Origin: an uncultured Candidatus Saccharimonadales bacterium
GTDB lineage: Bacteria > Patescibacteriota > Saccharimonadia > UBA4664
NCBI GenBank assembly: GCA_964609585.1
Contig: CAZSRA010000001.1
Location: 287,290 to 351,289 of the forward strand
Direction: 5' to 3'
DNA: 64,000 nt
Position 1 is the first letter of the stretch. Each line of letters opens with the position of its first letter. The position numbers and the translations under genes are program-made. Below the pieces are notes generated by a model. The model was not told the origin of the DNA, made no database searches, and saw only the letters and a list, made by a program, of their open reading frames with translations. Positions 43,594-52,405 of this stretch are shown here, one piece after another.

Positions 43594-45047
43594 CTAGCAA
43601 TATTGTTGCGGCGCCACCGGGGTCCGTTGGGGGTGTCACTGATCTCAAGATGGTGTTTGGCGAGTTGGGTGCGGAGTTTGTCGGCTCCAGCCCAGTCTTT
43701 GGCGGCGCGAGCTTGTTCGCGCTTTTCGATGAGGTCTTTTTGATCTGGGGTGATATCGGGGCGGTCGTTTAGCTTTAGGCCTAGTAGGTGGTCGAGGGTG
43801 CTCAGGAGCTGCTCGAAATCTTCGGCGGCGAGCGTCATGCCAGGAGCAAGACTGGTGGTGTAGGCGAAGACTTCGGCGAGGGTGGCACTGGTGGAGAGGT
43901 CGTCTTCGAGGGCAGTTTGAACGCGGGCGAGGAAGTTTTCAATATCGTCTTCGGGGAGGCGGACTTCGGAAAGGTTAGCTTGGTGCTTGAGGTCGGCCCA
44001 AGCATAGAGATTGAGCAGAGTGTTTTGGGCTGCTGCGAGCGAGTCCCAGGTGAAGTTGATTTCGCTGCGGTAGTGGGCCTGGAGGCAGAGCAGACGGTAA
44101 GCTAGTGGATGGACGTCGTGGCTCGTGATGTCTTCGAGCAAGTAAGAATTGCCTTTGGACTTGGACATTTTGGCACCGTCTACGAGCAGGAATTCGTTGT
44201 GGACCCACATGTTGGCGAGCGGATGGCCCTGGGCGGCCTCGGTTTGGGCCATTTCATTGGGATGGTGCGTGCCGATGTGGTCGATGCCGCCTGTGTGGAT
44301 GTCTATCGGATCGCCGAGCGTGGCGTGAATGATAGCCGAGCATTCGAGATGCCAGCCGGGAAAGCCGCGACCCCAAGGGCTATCCCATTGCATAGTGTGG
44401 TCCGCAAAGTGGCCGGTGGCAAAGAACCAAACGGCAAAATCGTGGGGAGAGTGTTTTTCGGGGTCGGTGATGACATCGCTGCGGGCGGCTACGTCTTTGT
44501 CGGCGAGGTTTTGGCCGGAGAGTTGGCCGTAGCTGGGCAATTTGGCGACGTCGAAGTAGATGGCTTGTTTTGTAAGATAAGCGAAGCCTTTTTCGAGAAG
44601 GGCCGCGACCATGTCGATTTGCTCTGGGAGGAAGTCGGTGGCTCTAGCGTAGGGGTCGTGAGGAGCCTTATTTTTGGAACGATCAGGATTTACGCTGGGT
44701 GGGAGGATATTGAGAGCTGTCATGTCGCGCTTGAAGGCTTCGGTGTAGTGATCTGCGACTTCCCAAACGGTCTTGCCCTCGCGGGCAGCGCCTTTTTCGA
44801 GCTTGTCTTCGCCTTCATCGGCGTCGGAGACAAGGTGGCCGACATCGGTGATGTTCATGACATGGTTTACTGTGAGGCCGGTAGCCTCAAGCGTACGGCG
44901 GAGAGTGTCGTTGAAAACGGCGTTGCGAAGGTTGCCGATTTGGTAATAGTTGTAGACGGTGGGGCCGCAGGTGTAGAGGCTAACCTCGCCTGGTTTGATG
45001 GGTTTTAATTCCTCAACGGTACGCGTGAGGGTGTTGTAGAGGCGCAT
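43590..45047 (-). CDS. cysS: Cysteinyl-tRNA synthetase; KMSKS intact, HIGH motif replaced by QIGN
   Basis: MRLYNTLTRTVEELKPIKPGEVSLYTCGPTVYNYYQIGNLR aligns with the CysRS N-terminus (…CGITVYDLCHIGHGR… in the E. coli enzyme). Zn ligands Cys (TCG), ECS, HH...E and KMSKSKGN are all present. AAGGA SD 8 nt upstream of the ATG at 45047. Confidence 0.9.
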   Translation of the reverse strand: MRLYNTLTRTVEELKPIKPGEVSLYTCGPTVYNYYQIGNLRNAVFNDTLRRTLEATGLTVNHVMNITDVGHLVSDADEGEDKLEKGAAREGKTVWEVADHYTEAFKRDMTALNILPPSVNPDRSKNKAPHDPYARATDFLPEQIDMVAALLEKGFAYLTKQAIYFDVAKLPSYGQLSGQNLADKDVAARSDVITDPEKHSPHDFAVWFFATGHFADHTMQWDSPWGRGFPGWHLECSAIIHATLGDPIDIHTGGIDHIGTHHPNEMAQTEAAQGHPLANMWVHNEFLLVDGAKMSKSKGNSYLLEDITSHDVHPLAYRLLCLQAHYRSEINFTWDSLAAAQNTLLNLYAWADLKHQANLSEVRLPEDDIENFLARVQTALEDDLSTSATLAEVFAYTTSLAPGMTLAAEDFEQLLSTLDHLLGLKLNDRPDITPDQKDLIEKREQARAAKDWAGADKLRTQLAKHHLEISDTPNGPRWRRNNIAS

Positions 45048-45051
45048 AGGA

Positions 45052-46041
45052 TTAGTCCTTTTGATGCTCGAGATAATCGTGATAAGTGGACACAAGAGTT
45101 TCGATTTCGTGGCGAATTATGGTGCTTTTACAGCGGTAGGCGGCGGCATTGGGGTGGCCTCCTCCGCCGAAGCTTTCGGCGATGATGCTAGCAGCACCGG
45201 TAGTGGAGCGCAAAGGGACGTTGATCTTGGTGCCATAGTTTTTGAATACGGCGACGAGCTCGACGCCTTTGGTCCACTGCATTTCGCTCAAGATGAGCGT
45301 GTAGGGTTCGGCAATGTCTTTGTAGCGGGCGACCATGTCGGGCGTGATTTCGGCGACGGCGAGACGGCCATCCTCGTAGAATTCGACAGAGGTGAGGAGC
45401 TTGCCTTTGAGGTGAAGGAGGTCTGAGGTGAGAGCGCCGGCCTCGCGTTTGGTTTTGTAGAGCTCGTAGAGGTTGGCGCCACGGCGGGTGAGCTCGGCGA
45501 GAGCCTCGACGCTATCGGCGGTGGTGCCGGAGGTGGTGAGGCCGAGTGAGTCGCTGAGGAGGGCCGAGGCGAGCTTGTTTGCGGCCTGGGGGTTGATGGG
45601 CCATTTGAACTCGAGGCAAAGCTTGGTGATGAGCTCCGAAGTAGCTACGGCTTCCTCGACAATTTGAGTGGTTTCGAAGCCGAAATCTTGACGAGAGGTG
45701 TGATGATCGATGATGAAAAACGGTTTGGCGGTGAGAGCGGCGAAATGATGCTCAAGTGCCGATTTGATAAGTGCGGGAGCGCCGGTGTCGACGAGCACAG
45801 TGAGATCGAAGTGTTTGGGCAGGTTTTGCGATACGCGGTCCCAGCCTTCGAGGCCATGCAGGTAGGGCTCGGGCTCTTTGTAAGAATAGAGAGCAACGGT
45901 TTTGCCGAGGTCGCCAAAAATTTCCTCGAGGCCGAGGGCAGACCCTAGGCTGTCGCCATCGGGGCTATCGGGTTGGAGGATGAGAATGGTTTCGGCCGAA
46001 TCAATGGCGGACGCTAGTTGTTTATGAGGGGATGTGGTCAA
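45052..46041 (-). CDS. nrnA: DHH-DHHA1 phosphoesterase (NrnA-like oligoribonuclease/pAp phosphatase)
   Basis: DHH motifs (ILQPDSPDGDSLGS, FIIDHHTS) and DHHA1 GGGHPNAAAYR. Confidence 0.8.
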   Translation of the reverse strand: MTTSPHKQLASAIDSAETILILQPDSPDGDSLGSALGLEEIFGDLGKTVALYSYKEPEPYLHGLEGWDRVSQNLPKHFDLTVLVDTGAPALIKSALEHHFAALTAKPFFIIDHHTSRQDFGFETTQIVEEAVATSELITKLCLEFKWPINPQAANKLASALLSDSLGLTTSGTTADSVEALAELTRRGANLYELYKTKREAGALTSDLLHLKGKLLTSVEFYEDGRLAVAEITPDMVARYKDIAEPYTLILSEMQWTKGVELVAVFKNYGTKINVPLRSTTGAASIIAESFGGGGHPNAAAYRCKSTIIRHEIETLVSTYHDYLEHQKD

Positions 46042-46637
46042 AATGCCTGCCTTCCTTGCAGTGCTCTTCCGAGCGTAATTTGGTCAGCATACTCGAGATC
46101 GCCCCCTACTGGCAAGCCGCGAGCGAGTCTGGTGAGCGTCACTGGTAGATTTTCGAGCTGTGCGCGAATGTACATGGCGGTAGACTCGCCTTCGAGTGAT
46201 GGGTTGGTGGCGAGGATGATTTCCTGCACTTGCCCGCTTTCCACGCGCTTTAGGAGGCTTGCGATTTCGAGTCGCTCTGGACCAATACCGTCGATGGGTG
46301 AAATAACACCGCCGAGGACGTGGTAAAGGCCCTGGTACATACCAGTTTTTTCGATGGCAACGACATCGAAAGGCTCTTCGACGACGGCAATAGTGGTGCG
46401 GGTACGTTTGGGAGAGGTGCACACATCGCACTCCATATTTTCGGCAAAGTTGAAGCACGTCTGGCAGGTGCGCACGCCGGCATGCAGGCCATCAACGGCA
46501 CTAGCGAGACTAGCGCTGCGGGCCGGGTCTTTTTTGAGCAAGTGGAAGGCTAGGCGCTCGGCAGTGCGCGGTCCCACGCCTGGTAGTTTGGCTAGCTCGG
46601 TGATGAGGCGTTCGACTGATGAAGGGACAATTTGCAT
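46038..46637 (-). CDS. recR: Recombination protein RecR
   Basis: HhH LPGVGPRTAERLAFH, C4 zinc finger CQTCFNFAENMECDVC and Toprim domain; 199 aa. Confidence 0.9.
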   Translation of the reverse strand: MQIVPSSVERLITELAKLPGVGPRTAERLAFHLLKKDPARSASLASAVDGLHAGVRTCQTCFNFAENMECDVCTSPKRTRTTIAVVEEPFDVVAIEKTGMYQGLYHVLGGVISPIDGIGPERLEIASLLKRVESGQVQEIILATNPSLEGESTAMYIRAQLENLPVTLTRLARGLPVGGDLEYADQITLGRALQGRQAF

Positions 46638-46647
46638 AGTTTTTAGC

Positions 46648-47298
46648 TTAAGTAGTAATGGCTAAGATATCGGAAAAGTTATTGATAGTGTAGGTGGGAC
46701 CTAGGGCCTGAAGCGTGGCGAGATCGTAGTAGACTGCATGCCTGGGCGGATAGAAAAGAATTGAGCGAGTGCCGGCATTTTGGGCGGCTTTCACGTCTTT
46801 GTCGGAGTCGCCGATCATGAGAGTGGCGTCTGGACTACCGCCGAGAGCTTCAAGCGCTTTTAGGAGTGGCTCGGGATCGGGTTTATGGCGGGAAACGTCA
46901 TCGCCCGTTATTACCACGTCAAATAAGTCGGTAAGGCGGTGTTTCCTGAGGAGTGGTTCGATGTGCCGGCGATGTGAGGTACTAATGAGAGCCAGTGTCT
47001 TGCCGCGATGATGGAGTTCTTCGAGCGTTTCTTTGGCGCCTGGGTAAAGCTGGACGTCTGGAAGGCCTTGCTCGATTTGCGCGACAACTTCATCAAGTAC
47101 GGTTTGTGGGTTTTCGAGTCCAAGGTCTTTGAAATAGTTGAAGAAATTTCCGAGACTTTCGCCAAGCTGGTAATCGCTTAGATGGTGGCCGTAGTTTGAA
47201 AGAATGAGGCGCTCAGCATTTAGCCAGAGGTCGAGGGTTTGAACGATATTTCCGTCCCAATCGAAAAGGAGATATTGGTTGCTGGTGGTTTTTGGCAT
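46648..47298 (-). CDS. HAD-superfamily hydrolase (phosphoglycolate-phosphatase-like)
   Basis: HAD motif I LLFDWDGNIV, motif II ISTS, motif IV GDSDKD. Confidence 0.75.
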   Translation of the reverse strand: MPKTTSNQYLLFDWDGNIVQTLDLWLNAERLILSNYGHHLSDYQLGESLGNFFNYFKDLGLENPQTVLDEVVAQIEQGLPDVQLYPGAKETLEELHHRGKTLALISTSHRRHIEPLLRKHRLTDLFDVVITGDDVSRHKPDPEPLLKALEALGGSPDATLMIGDSDKDVKAAQNAGTRSILFYPPRHAVYYDLATLQALGPTYTINNFSDILAITT

Positions 47299-47308
47299 TG
47301 AGGGGCAA

Positions 47309-47596
47309 CTACAGTCCGGGAATTCCCAGGCCTCCGGCGACGCTACGCATTTTTTCGGCGGCGAGCTGTTGCGATTTGGTGATAGCCTGGGTGATGGCGG
47401 ATTCGAGCCATTTTTCGACCTTGGCCATTTCGGTATCGCGAATTACGGCTTCATCGAGGCTGATCTTTTGGATTTTTTGTTCGCCATTGATTTTGACTTT
47501 AACGGCGCCATTACCAGCTTCAACCTCGATGGTTTCTTTAGCAAGAGCAGACTGGATCTTCTTTAACTCAAAGAGAGCTTTGCTTTTTTCGAACAT
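47309..47596 (-). CDS. ybaB: Nucleoid-associated protein YbaB/EbfC
   Basis: 95 aa; the typical YbaB coiled-coil N-terminus and conserved C-terminal GGLGIPGL are at the classical position next to recR. Confidence 0.8.
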   Translation of the reverse strand: MFEKSKALFELKKIQSALAKETIEVEAGNGAVKVKINGEQKIQKISLDEAVIRDTEMAKVEKWLESAITQAITKSQQLAAEKMRSVAGGLGIPGL

Positions 47597-47690
47597 GATT
47601 ACTCCTTAAATTTAGCAACCTCTTTTCGAGCTCCACGCAGGCTTAGTTCTTGTGCTAGAATTACTCTGCACAGTACTAAATGGATGGTCT

Positions 47691-49550
47691 ATGAAGAAGT
47701 CTTTGTATAATCGTACCACAAGCTGGCTCAGGCGTTTTATTTGGACGTACCATGGCTGGATGGCGGGTGGTTTGCTTTTGCTCATGGCGGGACTTGGTTT
47801 GGGGAGTATGTTGGGTAATTCGGCGACCTCCGACGAAGTTGCGCATATTCCAGCAGGATACGCGACGGTATATTTGCATGACTACCGGCTTAATCCTGAG
47901 CATCCGCCCTTAATGAAGGACCTCGCTGCTCTGCCGCTTCAGTTTATGCACCTAGCGTTTCCGACAGATTTGCCCACTTGGACAATGCAGGGTAACGGTC
48001 AATGGGATGTGGGTCGGTACTTTTTGTACTACCTAGGCAATAATGCGGATATGATTTTGTTTGCGGCGCGGATGCCCATTTTATTGGTGGCGCTGTTGTT
48101 TGGGGTGTTTTTGTATGAGGTGTGTCGGCGTCATTGGGGTACGGGTGTGGGGCTTTTGACCTTGTTTTTCTATTGTTTGAGTCCAAATATTTTGGCTCAT
48201 GCGACGCTTGTTACTACCGATTTAGGATTGAGCGCATTTGCTTTTGTGGCGATTGTGGCATTTGCCCGGTTTGTCAGGATGCCAACGCGATGGAATTTGG
48301 TATGGCTTTCGCTTGCCCTGGCAGGCGTGGAGCTTGTGAAGTTTTCAGCTTTTATTCTGTATCCTTTGCTCGGGTTGATCGCTGCCGGCTTGGTGTGGGC
48401 GATGGATCGTCCAAAGCGGATGCTTGAACGGTTGCGGGTGCTTGTGGGTGGATTTGTTGCCGCCTCAGCCCTTAGCTGGGTATGGATGTGGTTGTTTTAT
48501 ATGCCTCAAGTATGGCTGATGCCTGAAGATGTGCAGAACCGGCTGATCCAAAGCCAGTTGCCGTATGGGCTGGGACATTCGGTGGCTCAAGTTTTGATTA
48601 GTTTTAATCACGGGCCAGTACTAAAGCCGATTGCGCAGTACTTGCTGGGTCTCGCAATGGTATTTGGGCGGGTTGTAGGCGGTGGGGTGACGTATTTTAA
48701 CGGCCAAGCTTCCACCCAGATCTACCGCCTGTATTTTCCGGAGCTCGTATTGCTCAAAACTCAGGTGGCTTTGCTCATTATGCTCGCGGTGGTCATGGGT
48801 TATGGAATATGGCGAGTCGTCACCGGCGACCAGCGGCGTTTGGGCAGATTTGCGAGCCATGTCCGTACACATGTTTTAGAGTGGACATTGGGAATATTTG
48901 GTATTGTCTACTTTTCGATTGCTGTGGCTGGGAATTTGGAGCTTGGGATTCGTCATATTCTGCCAGTTTATATTCCTCTCTTTGTGCTAGTGGCGATTGG
49001 AGTGGTAAAAACTTTGCGACTTTTGGCGAAGCAGGGACAACTCTTGCCAGCTAGCATTGGGTTTGTTGTGCTGGCTGTATGGTACGGTGCAAGTACGATC
49101 CTGGTGTATCCGAGTTATCTTGCGTATTTTAATGAAATTGCCGGCGGACCAGCTCATGCGGATCGGTATTTCTCTGATTCAAGCGTGGACTGGGGGCAGG
49201 ACCTGAAGCGGCTTAAATCCTATGTGGTTGATCATCCTGAGATTAAGCACATAGCAGTTGATTATTTCGGTGGCGGAGATGTGGCATATTATTTTTGTGG
49301 GCGACGCTATGATGAGGCTGGGCATTTAGTTGCTACGCCAGATGGCTATGATTGTTCACACAGCGTTTATGAGCCGTGGCACGCCGGAAACGGTGAGTAT
49401 ACTGGGCAGTACATCGCCGTTTCGGAAGCATACCTTGAGAGTGACCGGTATTTTTCGGTTGCAGAGCATAATCCCGGATATGGTTATCTGCGAGCCCGCC
49501 AGCCTATAGCGAAGATCGGCGGGAGCATTTACGTTTATAAATTGTTTTAG
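47691..49550 (+). CDS. Polyprenol-phosphate-sugar-dependent glycosyltransferase, GT39/PMT_2 (ArnT/Pmt-like), paralog A
   Basis: ~12 TM N-terminal region with the PMT_2/ArnT-type first periplasmic loop (…ATSDEVAHIPAGY…HPPLMKDL…); start at M14 of the tracked ORF. Confidence 0.75.
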   Translation: MKKSLYNRTTSWLRRFIWTYHGWMAGGLLLLMAGLGLGSMLGNSATSDEVAHIPAGYATVYLHDYRLNPEHPPLMKDLAALPLQFMHLAFPTDLPTWTMQGNGQWDVGRYFLYYLGNNADMILFAARMPILLVALLFGVFLYEVCRRHWGTGVGLLTLFFYCLSPNILAHATLVTTDLGLSAFAFVAIVAFARFVRMPTRWNLVWLSLALAGVELVKFSAFILYPLLGLIAAGLVWAMDRPKRMLERLRVLVGGFVAASALSWVWMWLFYMPQVWLMPEDVQNRLIQSQLPYGLGHSVAQVLISFNHGPVLKPIAQYLLGLAMVFGRVVGGGVTYFNGQASTQIYRLYFPELVLLKTQVALLIMLAVVMGYGIWRVVTGDQRRLGRFASHVRTHVLEWTLGIFGIVYFSIAVAGNLELGIRHILPVYIPLFVLVAIGVVKTLRLLAKQGQLLPASIGFVVLAVWYGASTILVYPSYLAYFNEIAGGPAHADRYFSDSSVDWGQDLKRLKSYVVDHPEIKHIAVDYFGGGDVAYYFCGRRYDEAGHLVATPDGYDCSHSVYEPWHAGNGEYTGQYIAVSEAYLESDRYFSVAEHNPGYGYLRARQPIAKIGGSIYVYKLF

Positions 49551-50329
49551 CTAGAGGCGCGAACAGGGTGATGGGCATAGTGGGGTTTTCGGTAGCGGCC
49601 GGACCAAATATTTAAGCGCATTTTGAAGGGATCGGAAAAGCCTCCGAGTACCACTTTGATCTGAGAATCGCCAACGAGCCCATTTTCACTCGTTTTGGGA
49701 TCGTGCCAATCGGGGGTTTCGATGAAGCTAATGGTGTAGCCAAGCTGGCGAGCAATGGCGAGTACTTCCATGTCGAAACTCCACTGGAGCATGGTCATGC
49801 GGCTAAAGATGGCTTCGGCAGCCGCGGCTTCGAAGACTTTGAACCCGCACTGCGTGTCTTTTATGCCGGGAACGACGAGAGCTTGAGCTGCGAGATTGGC
49901 CGCTTTGGACATGAGCTTGCGCATAAGGCCTTTGTGAATGCGCAGTAGGTCGCGAACCGCAATTGCGACTTGACCATCGTGGTCCATGAACGTTTTGACG
50001 TCGTCCAGGTGGGCAAGAGGAGTGGCGAGGTCTGCATCCATGAAGAGTTTATAGCGACCTTTGGCTTCGTAGATGCCGAGGCGGACGTCTCGGCCCTTGC
50101 CCACTCTTGGACCGGCTGGAATAAGCCTAAAATGCTGAAAAAGATGACTTTGAGATTGTGCGATGCGGGCCGTGCCGTCGGGGCTATCGGCCGTGACTAC
50201 CAATACTTCTACGACTCCATAGTGGCGAGTATTGAGAAATCTTGCGAGTCGGACTAGGGTGTCGCTAATATGATTTGCTTCCATGTAGGCCGGGATGATG
50301 ATACTGAGGTCGACTTGACCGGAATTCAT
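49547..50329 (-). CDS. GT2 polyprenol-monophosphate sugar synthase (Ppm1/DPM1-like)
   Basis: GT-A fold: LSIIIPAYMEANHI, DxD-type motif FMDADLATP, plus QCGFKVF. Confidence 0.8.
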   Translation of the reverse strand: MNSGQVDLSIIIPAYMEANHISDTLVRLARFLNTRHYGVVEVLVVTADSPDGTARIAQSQSHLFQHFRLIPAGPRVGKGRDVRLGIYEAKGRYKLFMDADLATPLAHLDDVKTFMDHDGQVAIAVRDLLRIHKGLMRKLMSKAANLAAQALVVPGIKDTQCGFKVFEAAAAEAIFSRMTMLQWSFDMEVLAIARQLGYTISFIETPDWHDPKTSENGLVGDSQIKVVLGGFSDPFKMRLNIWSGRYRKPHYAHHPVRASS

Positions 50330-51870
50330 TGTGTTACTTCGTAGGTATAGAAGATCTCGGCTTGATTGAACGAGGAATAATGCGGCCTTAACACGCCGCC
50401 GGGAAACTTGGCTTTGAGCACTTTGATGGCATCGTCACGAACGGCGGTTACGATATAGAACTCGCGTTTGGTGTTGCCTGCCAGCGGTAATGATTGAAGT
50501 TGCGGGATCGTGAGCGTGTGATAACGACTTTGGCCGTAGTCTAGATAGTCTATGATGGGCGTTTGGTCGGCTGGCACTACTACAAACCGATCGTTCTTTG
50601 TCGTATCGGTTTGCACGTGAAGTGCAATTTGAGTGGCACCTTCATCATAGGCTAGATAGAGGGCTGTCGAGCCGGCCCAAGCTCTAAAGTATTGAGTGAA
50701 CCCTTGGAGGAGACTTAGGGTAAATAAGATGATGATAGCGGCTTGGCCTGTGGTTCGGGCCGCAGAATTTATGGGGAAGGTAGTGTACCAAAGCTCAAGC
50801 ATATAGGCTACACCGAGCCCGCTGAGGGCAAAAATGAGGGGCAGGGCACCAACGGCCCAGCTTGAATTTGGCACACCGGTGGTGGCGAGGACAGCCGGAA
50901 AGAGCAATAAGCAAAGGGTTGTGAGGAGTATTTGGTAGCGCTTGAGGTGGAGTCTTGAAATAGCCACTAATAGTCCGGCGATGAGCATAATACCGGCGAA
51001 GGCATTGAGCAGCGGCTCGGTGGAGAGATTATGACGATAATTTTCATCGCCGTAGACATTAAACATAAGCAGAACCTTGAGCAGATTGTGACCGAGGGCC
51101 GGGAATGAGCGAGCGATCCCAAGAGTTTGCGGCATGGAAGTGATGATTGATAAGGATTTTCCCATGAGATAAGCAAAAGCGCCGAGACCGAGGACGAAAA
51201 TACCAATGCCAACACCGCCGGTGGGTATGAGTTTTCGGAGCAAGTGGCGCCTGGCGGCTCTCCAGAAACCAAGGATTAGAACCATTCCAACTAAAAGCCA
51301 GCCAATGGGGCCACTAAAAAGGCTTAAGGTGAGGATGGCGCTGAGCGCGAGATAGCTTTGAGGGCCTGGTTTTTTGAGCGCGCGTGAGCAAGCCCATAGT
51401 GCCAACGGAACGAGTAGTGGCGGCAGAGCTGATTCGACGCCGTTGCGCGAGATGGTAACGGCCCAAGGCGAGACGGCCATTAAAACTGCGCTGGCCCAGG
51501 CTGTACGAAGGTCGAACCAGTCTTGAACCCAAAGCCAGGTTGCGACAACGGCGAGCGTCCCAAGTAGTGCCGGCCAAAGCCGTAAAGCAACAGCTGTATG
51601 ACCAAACATATGTATGCTTAGAGACTGCAACCAAATCCACAGAGGAGCGTAGCCGTTGCCTGCACTGAGTGTGGGTAACCAGTGGCCTGCACCAATCTTT
51701 AGGGCTTCGAGACCGATACGGGCTGAGGTGTCATCGAGCGCTGGTGGTAAGGTATTTAGCTGATAAAACCGAAAGAAGGCTGCCACAATCGTGACAACGC
51801 CGAGACCTACGGGCGTCCAGAAACGGCCGAGGAAAGCGAAGGGAGCATGGGGTTTTGGAGCATGTGTCAT
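50326..51870 (-). CDS. Polyprenol-phosphate-sugar-dependent glycosyltransferase, GT39/PMT_2 (ArnT/Pmt-like), paralog B
   Basis: 514 aa, 11-13 TM, same family as paralog A; overlaps the GT2 gene start by 4 nt. Confidence 0.75.
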   Translation of the reverse strand: MTHAPKPHAPFAFLGRFWTPVGLGVVTIVAAFFRFYQLNTLPPALDDTSARIGLEALKIGAGHWLPTLSAGNGYAPLWIWLQSLSIHMFGHTAVALRLWPALLGTLAVVATWLWVQDWFDLRTAWASAVLMAVSPWAVTISRNGVESALPPLLVPLALWACSRALKKPGPQSYLALSAILTLSLFSGPIGWLLVGMVLILGFWRAARRHLLRKLIPTGGVGIGIFVLGLGAFAYLMGKSLSIITSMPQTLGIARSFPALGHNLLKVLLMFNVYGDENYRHNLSTEPLLNAFAGIMLIAGLLVAISRLHLKRYQILLTTLCLLLFPAVLATTGVPNSSWAVGALPLIFALSGLGVAYMLELWYTTFPINSAARTTGQAAIIILFTLSLLQGFTQYFRAWAGSTALYLAYDEGATQIALHVQTDTTKNDRFVVVPADQTPIIDYLDYGQSRYHTLTIPQLQSLPLAGNTKREFYIVTAVRDDAIKVLKAKFPGGVLRPHYSSFNQAEIFYTYEVTQ

Positions 51871-51871
51871 C

Positions 51872-52369
51872 TTAAGAAAATACCACTTTTTTATACATTA
51901 TATAATTCCAGATAAGGCTTAGTATGGTGCCAACAACTTTTGCCCCATTTTTGATGAGGAACTGGTCGTGGCCGGTAAGATGGATGGCGTGGGCAATTGC
52001 GAGCAGAAGCGCAAGGGGCGCAAGCCAGACTTTGGTGAGGAGGTGGATGGTGGTGGTTTGGATTACATACAACCCAAAACCGGTAACGACGAGGAATGTT
52101 GCTGCTTGACGGGCGACGGAACCGTGGTGTTTGCGAAAAACAACCTTTTTATTGGCCACAAAGCTAAAGGCCATGGCGATGGAGGTAGAGATAATGTTGG
52201 ACTGAATCAGTCCGAAGCCGATTTTACTTGAAAGAAGGTTATAGATGGTGAAGTCGATGAGGGTATTGATGACGCCGACGAAACTAAATTTTGTTATACG
52301 AGTTAAACTGGTTCTTCGGGCAGACTGTATGTGTGACACACTTACCTCTTTGTTTGTGTTTTTAAGCAT
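51872..52369 (-). CDS. GtrA-family membrane protein (polyprenol-P-sugar flippase accessory)
   Basis: 4-TM small protein with the GtrA-like signature FSFVGVINTLIDFTIYNLL. Confidence 0.7.
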   Translation of the reverse strand: MLKNTNKEVSVSHIQSARRTSLTRITKFSFVGVINTLIDFTIYNLLSSKIGFGLIQSNIISTSIAMAFSFVANKKVVFRKHHGSVARQAATFLVVTGFGLYVIQTTTIHLLTKVWLAPLALLLAIAHAIHLTGHDQFLIKNGAKVVGTILSLIWNYIMYKKVVFS

Positions 52370-52405
52370 AACGGATTTGGGCTGAATGTGTAAACGGGTG
52401 TCTCC

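Noticed and set aside
44109-45008. 299-aa plus-strand ORF
   Set aside because: It is entirely antisense to cysS, whose frame carries the CysRS zinc site and KMSKS; the antisense product is Val/Gly/Ala-rich low complexity.
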